Below, piece by piece: positions 1 through 12,707 of a stretch of 33,600 nt of DNA; the first letter of the stretch is position 1, and the number at the start of each line of letters is the position of its first letter. A program made the translations under genes and the position numbers. Location: the NCBI GenBank assembly GCA_027251445.1, contig JAPNQO010000024.1:1-33600 (forward strand). The letters are read 5' to 3'. The notes under the pieces are model-generated. The model was not told the DNA's origin and ran no database searches. It saw only the letters and a list, made by a program, of their open reading frames with translations. Origin of the DNA: Fidelibacterota bacterium (GTDB taxonomy: Bacteria; Fidelibacterota; Marinisomatia; Marinisomatales; TCS55).

Positions 1-500
1 GTTGTAAGAGCAAACATACCAAAATTCACACTAATAAATCCATCTGAAAGAACGTTAAATAAACTTCCAGAAGCACGAAGTTGTACTCCCAAGTAAGGAA
101 CGCTGAAAAGAAATGCAACTAATACAGTTAATAGTCGCATTGCATTTCCTCCATAATAATCACTATACATTTCACCTGGAGTAATATATCTAAAAGCTCT
201 TCCAAGAACCCATTGTCTTCTAAGAAATAGAACTCCAGTAAAAGGAATAGTTAGAGCATAAAAAGAAGCAAATGCATAGGGCAAACCATCAGTAAAAATT
301 TTACCAGGGTGACCTACAAAAGTCCATCCGCTGAAGCTTGTTGCTGTTGCTGCTAGGACAAATACCCAAACACCAATAGACCTACCTGCAAGGAAATAAT
401 CAGTAGAAGTTTTAGCTGATCGAGCACCTTTAAAACCCCAATAGAGACAATATGCCCAATACAAGCCTACAAAACCAGATAACCAGTAAAACTTTGTCAT
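1..500 (-). CDS. Sodium:solute symporter (SSS family), 5' part only; runs off the left edge
   Basis: Not in the ORF track. Manual translation from ATG at 500: MTKFYWLSGFVGLYWAYCLYWGFKGARSAKTSTDYFLAGRSIGVWVFVLAATATSFSGWTFVGHPG..., with the SSS N-terminal 'DYFLAGR' motif and hydrophobic helices. ATGA overlap (497-500) with the stop of the upstream nucleotidyltransferase. Confidence 0.9.
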   Translation of the reverse strand, partial: MTKFYWLSGFVGLYWAYCLYWGFKGARSAKTSTDYFLAGRSIGVWVFVLAATATSFSGWTFVGHPGKIFTDGLPYAFASFYALTIPFTGVLFLRRQWVLGRAFRYITPGEMYSDYYGGNAMRLLTVLVAFLFSVPYLGVQLRASGSLFNVLSDGFISVNFGMFALT

Positions 501-1387
501 TTTAAAGGGAACAATTTTTGGGGATAAAGACCGCTATTTATAAGGTTTTGTATTTGTTGAACAACATAAGGCTTGTCTTGTTTGTATGTTACTCCAAACC
601 AAGAAGATTTACTATACAAAACTTGGACATGCTGTTCACCTGAATTGATTAAATCATTAATAACACTTGGAATTAAAAATTCACTTTTATCATCATTAAT
701 ATTATTTGATAAAAACCTTTCAAACATACTATTTAAATAATCAAATATGACAGGTGTAAATCCCCACATATTCATTGAAACTGGTTCATCTCCTTTTAAA
801 TCTAAATTATTATTTGATGAAACACCTGACTCTGATTTTAATAGATTTTCTGTTTCAACAACATTAATGAGATGATCATTCTTTACAGTGCATAACCCTC
901 TTGTGACTGAACCAAATTCAGACAGTGTTTTCTCTAATTGAAAGGCTACCATACTAAATGAGTTATTACCGTTATTATAGTAATCAGCGATAGTTTTAAA
1001 TGACTCTCTTCCATAATAATCATCTGCATTAATTGCATTAAATGGGCCTTCTATAATATTTGATGCGGATAAAATTGCATGTCCAGTTCCCCAAGGTTTT
1101 ATTCTTTCTTCTGGAGCAGCAAAGCCTGAAGGAAGCTGATGAATATCTTGAAAAACAAATTCAACTTGAATATCATGAGAAAATTTATTGGTTATTTTTT
1201 CCCTAAACTCATCTTCAAAATCCTTACGAATAATAAATACAACTTTTGAAAAACCAGCTTTTATAGCATCAAAGACTGAATAATCAATAATTGTTTCCCC
1301 GCTAGGGCCTACTTCATCTAATTGTTTAAGCCCACCATATCTGGACCCCATTCCAGCTGCCATTACCAATAATGTTAATTCATTCAT
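497..1387 (-). CDS. Sugar-1-phosphate nucleotidyltransferase (NTP_transferase, GT-A-like fold)
   Basis: N-terminal LVMAAGMGSRYGGLKQ nucleotide-binding loop; KPWGTGHA, INADDYYG and VSMNMWGF motifs. Substrate not assignable. Confidence 0.85.
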   Translation of the reverse strand: MNELTLLVMAAGMGSRYGGLKQLDEVGPSGETIIDYSVFDAIKAGFSKVVFIIRKDFEDEFREKITNKFSHDIQVEFVFQDIHQLPSGFAAPEERIKPWGTGHAILSASNIIEGPFNAINADDYYGRESFKTIADYYNNGNNSFSMVAFQLEKTLSEFGSVTRGLCTVKNDHLINVVETENLLKSESGVSSNNNLDLKGDEPVSMNMWGFTPVIFDYLNSMFERFLSNNINDDKSEFLIPSVINDLINSGEQHVQVLYSKSSWFGVTYKQDKPYVVQQIQNLINSGLYPQKLFPLK

Positions 1388-1402
1388 AATAAAATTTTAG
1401 TT

Positions 1403-2458
1403 TTATGTATTTTGTAAAACTGAAGTACCAATATCAGAATTAATAATAAATGATTTTCCTCCAGCTTTTTCAATTGCTTCAGCAACAATTTCCGGATTAT
1501 TTGGGGCATATGCAAACATACATCCACCTCCACCTGAACCTGTAATTTTTCCACCTAAAGCACCTGCAGTTAAAGCAGCATCAAGCATATTTTCTATCTT
1601 TTTTGTGCTTACACCCAACTCATCTCTTAATATTTCATGGTGTTTTATAAGATACCTACCAATAAAAGAACAGTCTGGATTATTCTTTTTCAGCTCAGGT
1701 AATACTTTTAATAAAATATCTCTATTATTTATTGTTGCCTTAAAAATATTTTGTTCATTTTTACTTAAAAAAGAAATATCTACCTCTTCATTATTATGTA
1801 AGTCAAAATCGGGATATCTTTTTGTTAATTTATTAACAATATTGAGACGCATATCTCTACATCTCTTTAATATAGATGTTGTGTCTTTTGAAACACAGGA
1901 ATCACCTAAAACAAAATATCCTAAATTAGGGTTAAGTTTGCGAATGGAAATTTTTGGTGCTGATTCTAAATAGATATAGCCCCCAAAAGCAGAAGAATAC
2001 TGATCCATCATTCCACCTGGTAAATTAAATTGAAGTACTTCTGATTTAAATGCTATCTGAGCAATATTTTCTTTATTCCAATTATGGGGATTATCAGCAA
2101 CCTGAGATAAAAAATTTATCCAAGCTACCATTAGCGCAGATGAACTACCTGCCCCTGCTTGAATTGGAATTTTACTTAGAATTTCAACTTCAAATCCACT
2201 AGAGAAACTTAAACCTTCTTCTATGCAGACCTTGACCCCACTTTGAAAAATATTTTTAGGTTTAATATTAATTGAATCATTAATAAAAAATGATTCAGAA
2301 TTATCAATATTTGGTAGATTAATAATTATTTTTTTATCGTTTCTTTTACGCCCTCTTATTTGAAGCCGTAGATTCATTGCCATGGCAATGACTGGTAACC
2401 CTAAATAATCTTGGTGTTCACCAAACAGACATATTCGTCCAGGAGAGCTTACTTCCAC
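1403..2458 (-). CDS. GHMP-family sugar 1-kinase, galactokinase-like (Gal or GalNAc kinase candidate)
   Basis: PGRICLFGEHQDY galactokinase-type motif I, PIQAGAGSSSA ATP loop, GGMMDQY, GGKITGSGGGG. GTG start overlaps the upstream gene by 10 nt. Confidence 0.85.
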   Translation of the reverse strand: MEVSSPGRICLFGEHQDYLGLPVIAMAMNLRLQIRGRKRNDKKIIINLPNIDNSESFFINDSINIKPKNIFQSGVKVCIEEGLSFSSGFEVEILSKIPIQAGAGSSSALMVAWINFLSQVADNPHNWNKENIAQIAFKSEVLQFNLPGGMMDQYSSAFGGYIYLESAPKISIRKLNPNLGYFVLGDSCVSKDTTSILKRCRDMRLNIVNKLTKRYPDFDLHNNEEVDISFLSKNEQNIFKATINNRDILLKVLPELKKNNPDCSFIGRYLIKHHEILRDELGVSTKKIENMLDAALTAGALGGKITGSGGGGCMFAYAPNNPEIVAEAIEKAGGKSFIINSDIGTSVLQNT

Positions 2459-4179
2459 AAGCGCATTAAGCCTAATGCTGAAGCTAGGGAAAGGCCAAGC
2501 AAACCAAAGCCAATATTATTTCCATAAATTAATTGACCAACTCCTAATAAGACACTATAGATAGATATACAGCCTAAAATCATACATAAAATTCCATTTG
2601 GGACAGGCCAAGGTTCATTTGCTTCCGAAGTTGAAAATTTTGCCCAGCCAGGGCCTCCAGGATTTACTTTTTTAACAAAATTTTGAAGAGTTTCATTACT
2701 ATCTGGTGGTGTAAAATAAGTAGCAGAAATCCAGACAATTGTTGTTAATAATGAACCAAATACTATTTTTTCCCAGCTTTCATAGTTATTATTAATAAAA
2801 TTAAAATAAAAAGCAATTATCAATGAACTAATCATGGCTACTATTTCAGTATATGCATTAATCCTCCACCAAAACCACCGGAGGATATAAATCATACCCG
2901 TTCCTGCTCCAATCATTAATAACAGATTAAATGCTTGCCCTGCACTTGTAAGTAATAAACCTAATCCAGAGCCAAGTATTATTGAAATTATGGTAAATAA
3001 TCTGCCCATACTTACTAGTTGTTTTTCTGTGGCGTCAGGTGAAATAAATCTATGATAAAAGTCATTTACAAGATAACTAGCTCCAAGATTTAATTGTGTG
3101 GACATGGTACTCATAAATGCTGCAATTAAAGATGCAGCTACTAAACCAAGTAATCCATTTGGTAGTAATGTAAGCATTGCAGGGTATGCTACATCATGAC
3201 CCAATTTATCAACAGGTAGATTTGGAAATGCATTCTGCAAATCAGATAATTCTGGATATATTACTAAAGAAGATAATGCAATCAAGATCCATGGCCATGG
3301 TCTTAATGCATAATGTGCAATATTAAAAAATAATGTGGCACTTACTGCATTTTCTTCATCTTTAGCAGAAAACATACGTTGCGCAATATATCCTCCACCT
3401 CCAGGTTCTGATCCAGGGTAATAACTTGCCCACCATTGAACTGCCAATGGAACTAATAATACAGGTACCCAAACATCAGGGTTTGATAAATCAGGAATTA
3501 ATGCAAGTTTATCTATTACATTATTATGAGCTAGTAAGTTTGAAAGGCCTCCTACTTCATCTAAACTTAGAATATAAATCATTGCCCAAATTGATCCGAC
3601 CATTGCAAGAATAAACTGGACAAAGTCTGTAATTATAACTGCTTTTAAACCACCTAAAGTACTGTATGCTAAAGTGATTGAGCAGGCAATAGTAAGAGTT
3701 AACCAACCAGGCCATCCTAAAACAATTTCACCAAATTTTATTGCAGCTAAACTCACTGCACCCATTACCAAAACATTAAAAACCAATCCCAGGTATAATG
3801 CTCTAAAACCTCTTAAGAAGGCTGCTGCCTTACCGCTATAACGCAACTCATAAAATTCTATATCAGTTAATACTCCAGAACGGTGCCACAATTTTGCATA
3901 AACAAATACAGTAAGCATTCCAGTAAGCAAGAATGCCCACCACCCCCAATTTCCAGAAACACCATTTTGTCGTACAAGATCTGTGACTAGGTTTGGTGTA
4001 TCAGTTGAAAAAGTAGTAGCCACCATACTCACACCAAGCAACCACCATGGCATATTTCTTCCAGCTAGAAAAAAAGATTTTGTATCACGGCCAGCCTGTT
4101 TTGATGCCCATACACCAACAAATAATGATAAAGTGAAATACGAAAATACTATAATCCAGTCCAATGTAGATAATGTCAT
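2449..4179 (-). CDS. Sodium:solute symporter (SSS family)
   Basis: FFLAGRNMPWW, STLGGLKAVIITDFVQ, YIAQRMFSAKDE and AAFMSTMST SSS motifs; many hydrophobic helices over 576 aa. Confidence 0.92.
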   Translation of the reverse strand: MTLSTLDWIIVFSYFTLSLFVGVWASKQAGRDTKSFFLAGRNMPWWLLGVSMVATTFSTDTPNLVTDLVRQNGVSGNWGWWAFLLTGMLTVFVYAKLWHRSGVLTDIEFYELRYSGKAAAFLRGFRALYLGLVFNVLVMGAVSLAAIKFGEIVLGWPGWLTLTIACSITLAYSTLGGLKAVIITDFVQFILAMVGSIWAMIYILSLDEVGGLSNLLAHNNVIDKLALIPDLSNPDVWVPVLLVPLAVQWWASYYPGSEPGGGGYIAQRMFSAKDEENAVSATLFFNIAHYALRPWPWILIALSSLVIYPELSDLQNAFPNLPVDKLGHDVAYPAMLTLLPNGLLGLVAASLIAAFMSTMSTQLNLGASYLVNDFYHRFISPDATEKQLVSMGRLFTIISIILGSGLGLLLTSAGQAFNLLLMIGAGTGMIYILRWFWWRINAYTEIVAMISSLIIAFYFNFINNNYESWEKIVFGSLLTTIVWISATYFTPPDSNETLQNFVKKVNPGGPGWAKFSTSEANEPWPVPNGILCMILGCISIYSVLLGVGQLIYGNNIGFGLLGLSLASALGLMRLWK

Positions 4180-4182
4180 AAT

Positions 4183-5535
4183 CTAATATATATCATTTAT
4201 TGCAAATTTAGGTTTAGAAATTTTCCATTTACCACGTGTGAAGTCAGGAATTTTTATTGAAGCGCTATTTTTTCTTATCGATTTCTCAGAAAGTGGACTT
4301 ATTACACTCCAACTTGCAGCATCATAAACATCTAATGGTGGGTCTACATCACGTTTTATCGACTCTATGAAAGCTCGAAATACAAAATAATCCATGCCAC
4401 CATGTCCAGATCCTTTTGCATCATTTTCAAATCTTTTCCATAATGGATGGTCATACTGTTGCAAATACTTCTTATCACTTTCCCAACGATGATTTTTAGG
4501 ACTTACACCTTCAATATATATAGAATTATTATCTTTCATCCATAAACCTTTGGTACCTTGGACTCTAAAATTTAAACTATAAGGACGAGGTGAGTTCGTA
4601 TCATGGCTTAACATAATAGTTTGGCCATTAGCACATTTTATTACTGTAGTCACAACATCACCTAATTTAAAATTTATTGAAGCATTCGGATGATTAGGCC
4701 CTCCATGTTCAATAATATAATTGTGTAAACCTCGAGATTGTGTTGCCGTAGATGTCAGATAAACCATACGATTTCCATGATTTATATCAAGCATTGTACT
4801 TACAGGACCTAATCCATGCGTTGGATATAAATCTCCATTACGATTTACACTATGATTAGTACGCCATTTAGATTCACTATATCCCTTATCTCCAAATTCA
4901 ACTCCGCCACCATATGGTTGCAAACCATCGTTAAATTTTACATTTCGAAGATCATGCTGATACCCACCTTGGCAATGAATTAATTCACCAAATAAACCTG
5001 ATCGGACCATGTTTAATACAGCCAATACATCTCTACGATAACAAACATTTTCCATTATCATACAAAATTTACCAGATTTTTCTGATGTGTTTACCAAGTC
5101 CCAACATTCAGCTAATGTCAGAGCTGCAGGAACTTCTGTACCAACATGTTTACCAGCTTTCATTGCAGCAACAGACATCGGATGGTGCCATTCCCATGGA
5201 GTAGCAATAAAAACACCATCCATATCTTCATTATCTAACATATTCCGAAAATCTTCATCCCCATTATTATATATTTTAGGTACAGGACGGCCAGCCTGCT
5301 TTAACACATTTAGTGCTTTATTAATCATCCCATCATCTATATCACAAATAACTGGAATATCTACATCATTACGATACGTTGCTAGACGCATCATTCCTTG
5401 GCCTCTTAAACCAGTTCCAATAAATCCTAATTTCAATTTTGATTTTTTTACTGGATTTGATAATAAAGTACGAGGTGATAAATATGTAGATATACCAATT
5501 AGAGCACTTGCACCTAGAAATTTTCTCCGATTCAT
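4183..5535 (-). CDS. GH109 NAD+-dependent alpha-N-acetylgalactosaminidase-like glycosidase (Gfo/Idh/MocA fold), Tat-exported
   Basis: Twin-arginine signal MNRRKFLG; Rossmann GFIGTGLRG; IATPWEWH, EVPAA, MENVCY, LYPTHG, HDTNSPRPY and GSGHGGMD motifs characteristic of GH109. Confidence 0.88.
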   Translation of the reverse strand: MNRRKFLGASALIGISTYLSPRTLLSNPVKKSKLKLGFIGTGLRGQGMMRLATYRNDVDIPVICDIDDGMINKALNVLKQAGRPVPKIYNNGDEDFRNMLDNEDMDGVFIATPWEWHHPMSVAAMKAGKHVGTEVPAALTLAECWDLVNTSEKSGKFCMIMENVCYRRDVLAVLNMVRSGLFGELIHCQGGYQHDLRNVKFNDGLQPYGGGVEFGDKGYSESKWRTNHSVNRNGDLYPTHGLGPVSTMLDINHGNRMVYLTSTATQSRGLHNYIIEHGGPNHPNASINFKLGDVVTTVIKCANGQTIMLSHDTNSPRPYSLNFRVQGTKGLWMKDNNSIYIEGVSPKNHRWESDKKYLQQYDHPLWKRFENDAKGSGHGGMDYFVFRAFIESIKRDVDPPLDVYDAASWSVISPLSEKSIRKNSASIKIPDFTRGKWKISKPKFAINDIY

Positions 5536-5568
5536 CTATTTAGTAATCATTTAATGAATGATTAATTT

Positions 5569-7164
5569 TTAGTTCGCCAAAGCTGTAAGTAGTAAATAAA
5601 TTGCTATTGTGGAACCAAATATTCCAGCTGATACCTTTTTAGCTAATGGCCACGGAGTCATATCAACTGGCGCTGGTGTTTTCTCATCACTTATTGCAAT
5701 TTCTTGATCACTTTTTGGTTTAAAATAACCTATTAATAACATGATAATGATAGACCAAGTAAAACTAATAAAATACGTATGTAGCCAATGAAGATTATCA
5801 ACTGGGAAAAAAGTAAAGAAACCATACATAGAAATTCCAACTATCATACCAATTTTAGCAGCAAGCGCAGGTATATGTTTTGTAGTTATCCCTAAAAGGA
5901 ATATTGCTATTATTGGAACACTATAAAGACCATTAACTTTTTGTAAATATTGAAAAATAGAATCCATTTGAGCAAGCAACGGTGCAATAATTATGGATGC
6001 TAAAGCAAGAAGAATTGCAAAATATTTTCCAATAACAACAGTTTGTTCTTCGCTAGCTATAGGATTTATATACCCTCTATAAAACTGTAAAGAAAAAAGA
6101 GTAGATGCACTATTTAATGCGCTATTAAATGAACTCAGAATTGATCCTACTAACACTGCAGCAAATAGACCTAATGACCAATCAGGTAAAACATGACGTA
6201 CAACTGCTCCATACACTTGGTCTTGCCTTTCAATTTTTAATTCAGGCATATGCAACGCAATTAAGGCTGGAAGGCATAACATTAAGGGGCCAATTAATTT
6301 CATTCCTGAAGCAAATAAAACACCTTTCTGCCCTTCCGCCAAGCTTCTTGCTGCCATTGCCCTCTGTACAATTACTTGATTTGTAGACCAGTAAAACACT
6401 TGAATAAACATCATACCGGTTAATAATGTTGGCCAAGGTACAGAAACATTTTTTCCCTCAAGATTTGATTGTGTTAATACTGTTAGATATTCTGGATTCT
6501 GGTTTACTAGTTTTGATAATCCTTCAAAAAATGAACCATCCCCTAATGCAGCTAAAGCAAGAAATGGTATTGTCAATCCACCAATAAGAAGACCTATTCC
6601 ATTTAATGTATCACTAACAGCAACAGATTTTAATCCTCCAAAAATTGCATATGAACTTCCTACTATTCCGATAATAGCAACTACCAATGATAGGTTAAGC
6701 TTTAAATCAAACATAGTGATTAACGCTAAAGATCCCGTATAAAGAACCACCGGCAGCAATACAGTTACATATCCAAAAAGAAAAAGACCAGACACCATAG
6801 ATCGTGTCGTCTTATCAAAACGCTTTTCTAAAAATGCTGGTGTTGTAGTAAAACCACTCGCAAGATAAATTGGTAAAAATACTAGAGCAGTGGCAATCAT
6901 GGCAAAAGCTGCTAGTGATTCCCATGCCATACCAACCAATGCTTTATCTCCAAAAACATCACCATTTAGTCCAACTAATTGCTCTGTAGATAAATTTGTC
7001 AGTAATAATGATCCAGCAACCATGTACCAAGATAGAGCTCTACCTCCTGTAAAATACTCCTCAGTTGCACTATCACTCTTTTTCATATTCCTTACGATCA
7101 TATATGTAAAAATTGCAACTGCAGTTGTGGCGACAATAAATGATATAATTGAGATTGTATTCAA
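5569..7164 (-). CDS. Sodium:solute symporter, SGLT/YidK-like sugar transporter
   Basis: EYFTGGR, GSLLLTNLSTEQLVGLNG, FGGLKSVAVSDT, YWSTNQVIVQR, ILSSFNSALNS. TTG start with a GGAG Shine-Dalgarno-like sequence upstream. Confidence 0.92.
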   Translation of the reverse strand: MNTISIISFIVATTAVAIFTYMIVRNMKKSDSATEEYFTGGRALSWYMVAGSLLLTNLSTEQLVGLNGDVFGDKALVGMAWESLAAFAMIATALVFLPIYLASGFTTTPAFLEKRFDKTTRSMVSGLFLFGYVTVLLPVVLYTGSLALITMFDLKLNLSLVVAIIGIVGSSYAIFGGLKSVAVSDTLNGIGLLIGGLTIPFLALAALGDGSFFEGLSKLVNQNPEYLTVLTQSNLEGKNVSVPWPTLLTGMMFIQVFYWSTNQVIVQRAMAARSLAEGQKGVLFASGMKLIGPLMLCLPALIALHMPELKIERQDQVYGAVVRHVLPDWSLGLFAAVLVGSILSSFNSALNSASTLFSLQFYRGYINPIASEEQTVVIGKYFAILLALASIIIAPLLAQMDSIFQYLQKVNGLYSVPIIAIFLLGITTKHIPALAAKIGMIVGISMYGFFTFFPVDNLHWLHTYFISFTWSIIIMLLIGYFKPKSDQEIAISDEKTPAPVDMTPWPLAKKVSAGIFGSTIAIYLLLTALAN

Positions 7165-7183
7165 AATGTTTTCTCCAATCTGT

Positions 7184-10357
<3,174 letters not shown>

Positions 10358-10366
10358 CTAAATTAA

Positions 10367-11668
10367 TTAGTTATATTTATTCTTAATTAATAACTGATCT
10401 AAAGTATCAAGTAATTGATCAGCGTTATTTTTATTAAAAACCATAGGTGGTTTTATCTTTAATACATTTTTATCTGGACCATCTGTGCTGATTAGGATTC
10501 CATGATCTTTCATATCATTTACTATTTGTTCTGCTTCGGAAGCTGCAGGTATCATTTTATCATAATCTCTAATCAATTCTATTCCTAAAAACAATCCGCG
10601 GCCACGAACATCCCCAATTAATTTGTGCCTTATCTTTAAATCATTCAATTCTTCAATTAAATATCTGCCTACAAGATATGCATTTTCTTGCAACTTTTCT
10701 CTTTCAATTATTTTTAGTACAGTTCTCCCTACAGCGCATGAGACTGGGTTACCTCCAAAAGAATTAAAATACTCCATACCATTATCAAATTTTTGAGCAA
10801 TCTCTTTTGTTGTTACCACAGCAGATAATGGATGACCATTACCCATTGATTTACCCATTGTAATAATATCCGGAAAAGTATTTTCTGATTCAAATCCCCA
10901 AAAATGTGACCCAACTCTTCCGAAACCTATTTGAACTTCATCTGCAATGCAGATACCCCCAAATTTTTTAATAATATTATTTGCTAATGCTAAAAATCCT
11001 TCTGGAAAAAATATTTGTCCTCCACATCCAAGGATCGATTCAGAAATAAAGGCTGAAATTCTTTCATTTTTTTTCTTTAATGAATCTAGAATTCTTTCTA
11101 AATGGCTTAAATAAGATGCTGAAATATCAGCGGTATCACCTCTATATAATCCTCTAAAAGTATCAGGCATTGGAATCTGGTGTATATATTTTTTATTACT
11201 ATTTCCTCCAGGGCCATCATATTTATAAGGACTTACTTCAATTGTTGCTTCTGTGTGACCATGGTAAGCTCCTTCAATAACTATCGTATGATTACTATTC
11301 GTATAATTTCGTGCTAACCGAAGTGCTAAATCATTACTTTCACTTCCAGAATTAGTAAAAAAGCATACTTGTAAATGTGAAGGTAATGTGCTAATTAATT
11401 CTTGTGCGTAAAGGACAATATCTTCATGAAGATATCTAGTGTTAGTATTAAGAGTTTTACTTTGTTTATATAAAGTGTTGATTATTTCTGTATGGCAATG
11501 GCCGACATGGCTAATATTATTAATTGCATCAAGGTATTCTTTTCCATCCCTATCATACAAATATTGTCCTTCACCTTTAATGATATGTAAAGGATTCTTA
11601 TATGAAAGACTCAATGATGGACTAATAAATTGATCTCTTAATTCTTTAATTTTTTTAATACTTAACAA
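10367..11668 (-). CDS. Class III PLP enzyme resembling AGXT2L-type phospho-lyases (5-phosphohydroxylysine or ethanolamine-phosphate phospho-lyase)
   Basis: NNISHVGHCH, LNTNTRYLH, FTNSGSESNDLALRLAR, AYHGH, ADEVQIGFGRVG, TMGK (PLP lysine), EYFNSFGGNPVSCA, VLKIKPPMVF, matching the PHYKPL/ETNPPL subfamily as I recall it. TTG start. Confidence 0.85.
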   Translation of the reverse strand: MLSIKKIKELRDQFISPSLSLSYKNPLHIIKGEGQYLYDRDGKEYLDAINNISHVGHCHTEIINTLYKQSKTLNTNTRYLHEDIVLYAQELISTLPSHLQVCFFTNSGSESNDLALRLARNYTNSNHTIVIEGAYHGHTEATIEVSPYKYDGPGGNSNKKYIHQIPMPDTFRGLYRGDTADISASYLSHLERILDSLKKKNERISAFISESILGCGGQIFFPEGFLALANNIIKKFGGICIADEVQIGFGRVGSHFWGFESENTFPDIITMGKSMGNGHPLSAVVTTKEIAQKFDNGMEYFNSFGGNPVSCAVGRTVLKIIEREKLQENAYLVGRYLIEELNDLKIRHKLIGDVRGRGLFLGIELIRDYDKMIPAASEAEQIVNDMKDHGILISTDGPDKNVLKIKPPMVFNKNNADQLLDTLDQLLIKNKYN

Positions 11669-11674
11669 ATGGAC

Positions 11675-12700
11675 TTAACCAACAACTCTCTTAATTATTT
11701 GATCTGACCATTGCTCTAGATCAACCTGTTGAACTTTTTTTAAAAAGTCCCAAGCTTGCTGCTCAGTTACTCGAATATATTTATTATCAGGAAATATTTT
11801 TTTTCGATATGCGGCCATTGTTACTGAAACACAAAGTCGAAGACATATAAAATAAATTATTACATTTATTTCAATTTTTGTTAGTGGATATTTATTTTGG
11901 TACGCATTTAAAAATTTGGTAATAATCTGAATTGAGTCGCCTCCATTTAATAATAAGTAAGCAATACATATTGCAGGTTCACATACTCTATAAGTTTTGA
12001 TTATATCACCAAAATCTATTATTCCATATGGTATATTATCATTATTAACAATAATATTATGATCATTTGCATCATTATGAATAATTGCTAAAGGCAAATC
12101 ATCTTTTACTCCAATAATTCTTTTTTCATAATCATTTAATATTCGTTCAACGATAATCTGCTTATCCTTAACACCTATATTGCTGATATTATTATGTAGA
12201 AAATCAGTTTGAGATATATCCCAAGGGAATATTCGAATAGAATTTTCGTATTCAAATCCTTTGAGTGCAGAACTAAATCGTCCTAAAAAAGTACCAAGCA
12301 TATTTATAAATGAATTATCATGACGTGATAAATCTTTCATCAAATTCCCTGGAATATATTTAACTATTCTAATATAATATTTTATATCATGGTATTTATA
12401 TACACTTATGTAATCACCATCTATACTTTTAACCTCTTTTGGTAATTGTATTGTATCATCCATTAAGTAAATATGATTTATTGCTCTATGTTGCATTTCT
12501 AAAACATTGAACATTTCATCTGGATGAGAAATCTTTAAGACATAGACCGGTTTATCATCTTGATACAATAAAAAATTTTGATCTCTATCGCTTGAGAGTG
12601 GTTTAATAATTGATATATTTAAATCATATAAATTATTTACAATTGAAATTGCCTGATCATCTGAAAAGTTAGGGCCAGGTGTATTAAATAAACTATACAT
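11675..12700 (-). CDS. APH/choline-kinase-fold phosphotransferase, hydroxylysine kinase (HYKK/AGPHD1)-like
   Basis: LSSDRDQNF, YVLKIS, FPWD, Brenner motif IIHNDANDHNIIV, GIIDFGD; lies directly upstream of a PHYKPL-like gene. Confidence 0.8.
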   Translation of the reverse strand: MYSLFNTPGPNFSDDQAISIVNNLYDLNISIIKPLSSDRDQNFLLYQDDKPVYVLKISHPDEMFNVLEMQHRAINHIYLMDDTIQLPKEVKSIDGDYISVYKYHDIKYYIRIVKYIPGNLMKDLSRHDNSFINMLGTFLGRFSSALKGFEYENSIRIFPWDISQTDFLHNNISNIGVKDKQIIVERILNDYEKRIIGVKDDLPLAIIHNDANDHNIIVNNDNIPYGIIDFGDIIKTYRVCEPAICIAYLLLNGGDSIQIITKFLNAYQNKYPLTKIEINVIIYFICLRLCVSVTMAAYRKKIFPDNKYIRVTEQQAWDFLKKVQQVDLEQWSDQIIKRVVG

Positions 12701-12707
12701 AGAAATA

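Noticed and set aside
4183..5535. Generic Gfo/Idh/MocA sugar dehydrogenase
   Set aside because: YPTH and GHGGMD motifs plus the Tat signal fit GH109 glycosidases better.
11675..12700. Aminoglycoside-resistance phosphotransferase
   Set aside because: Shares only the APH fold; motifs and pairing with an AGXT2L-type PLP enzyme point to a metabolic kinase.
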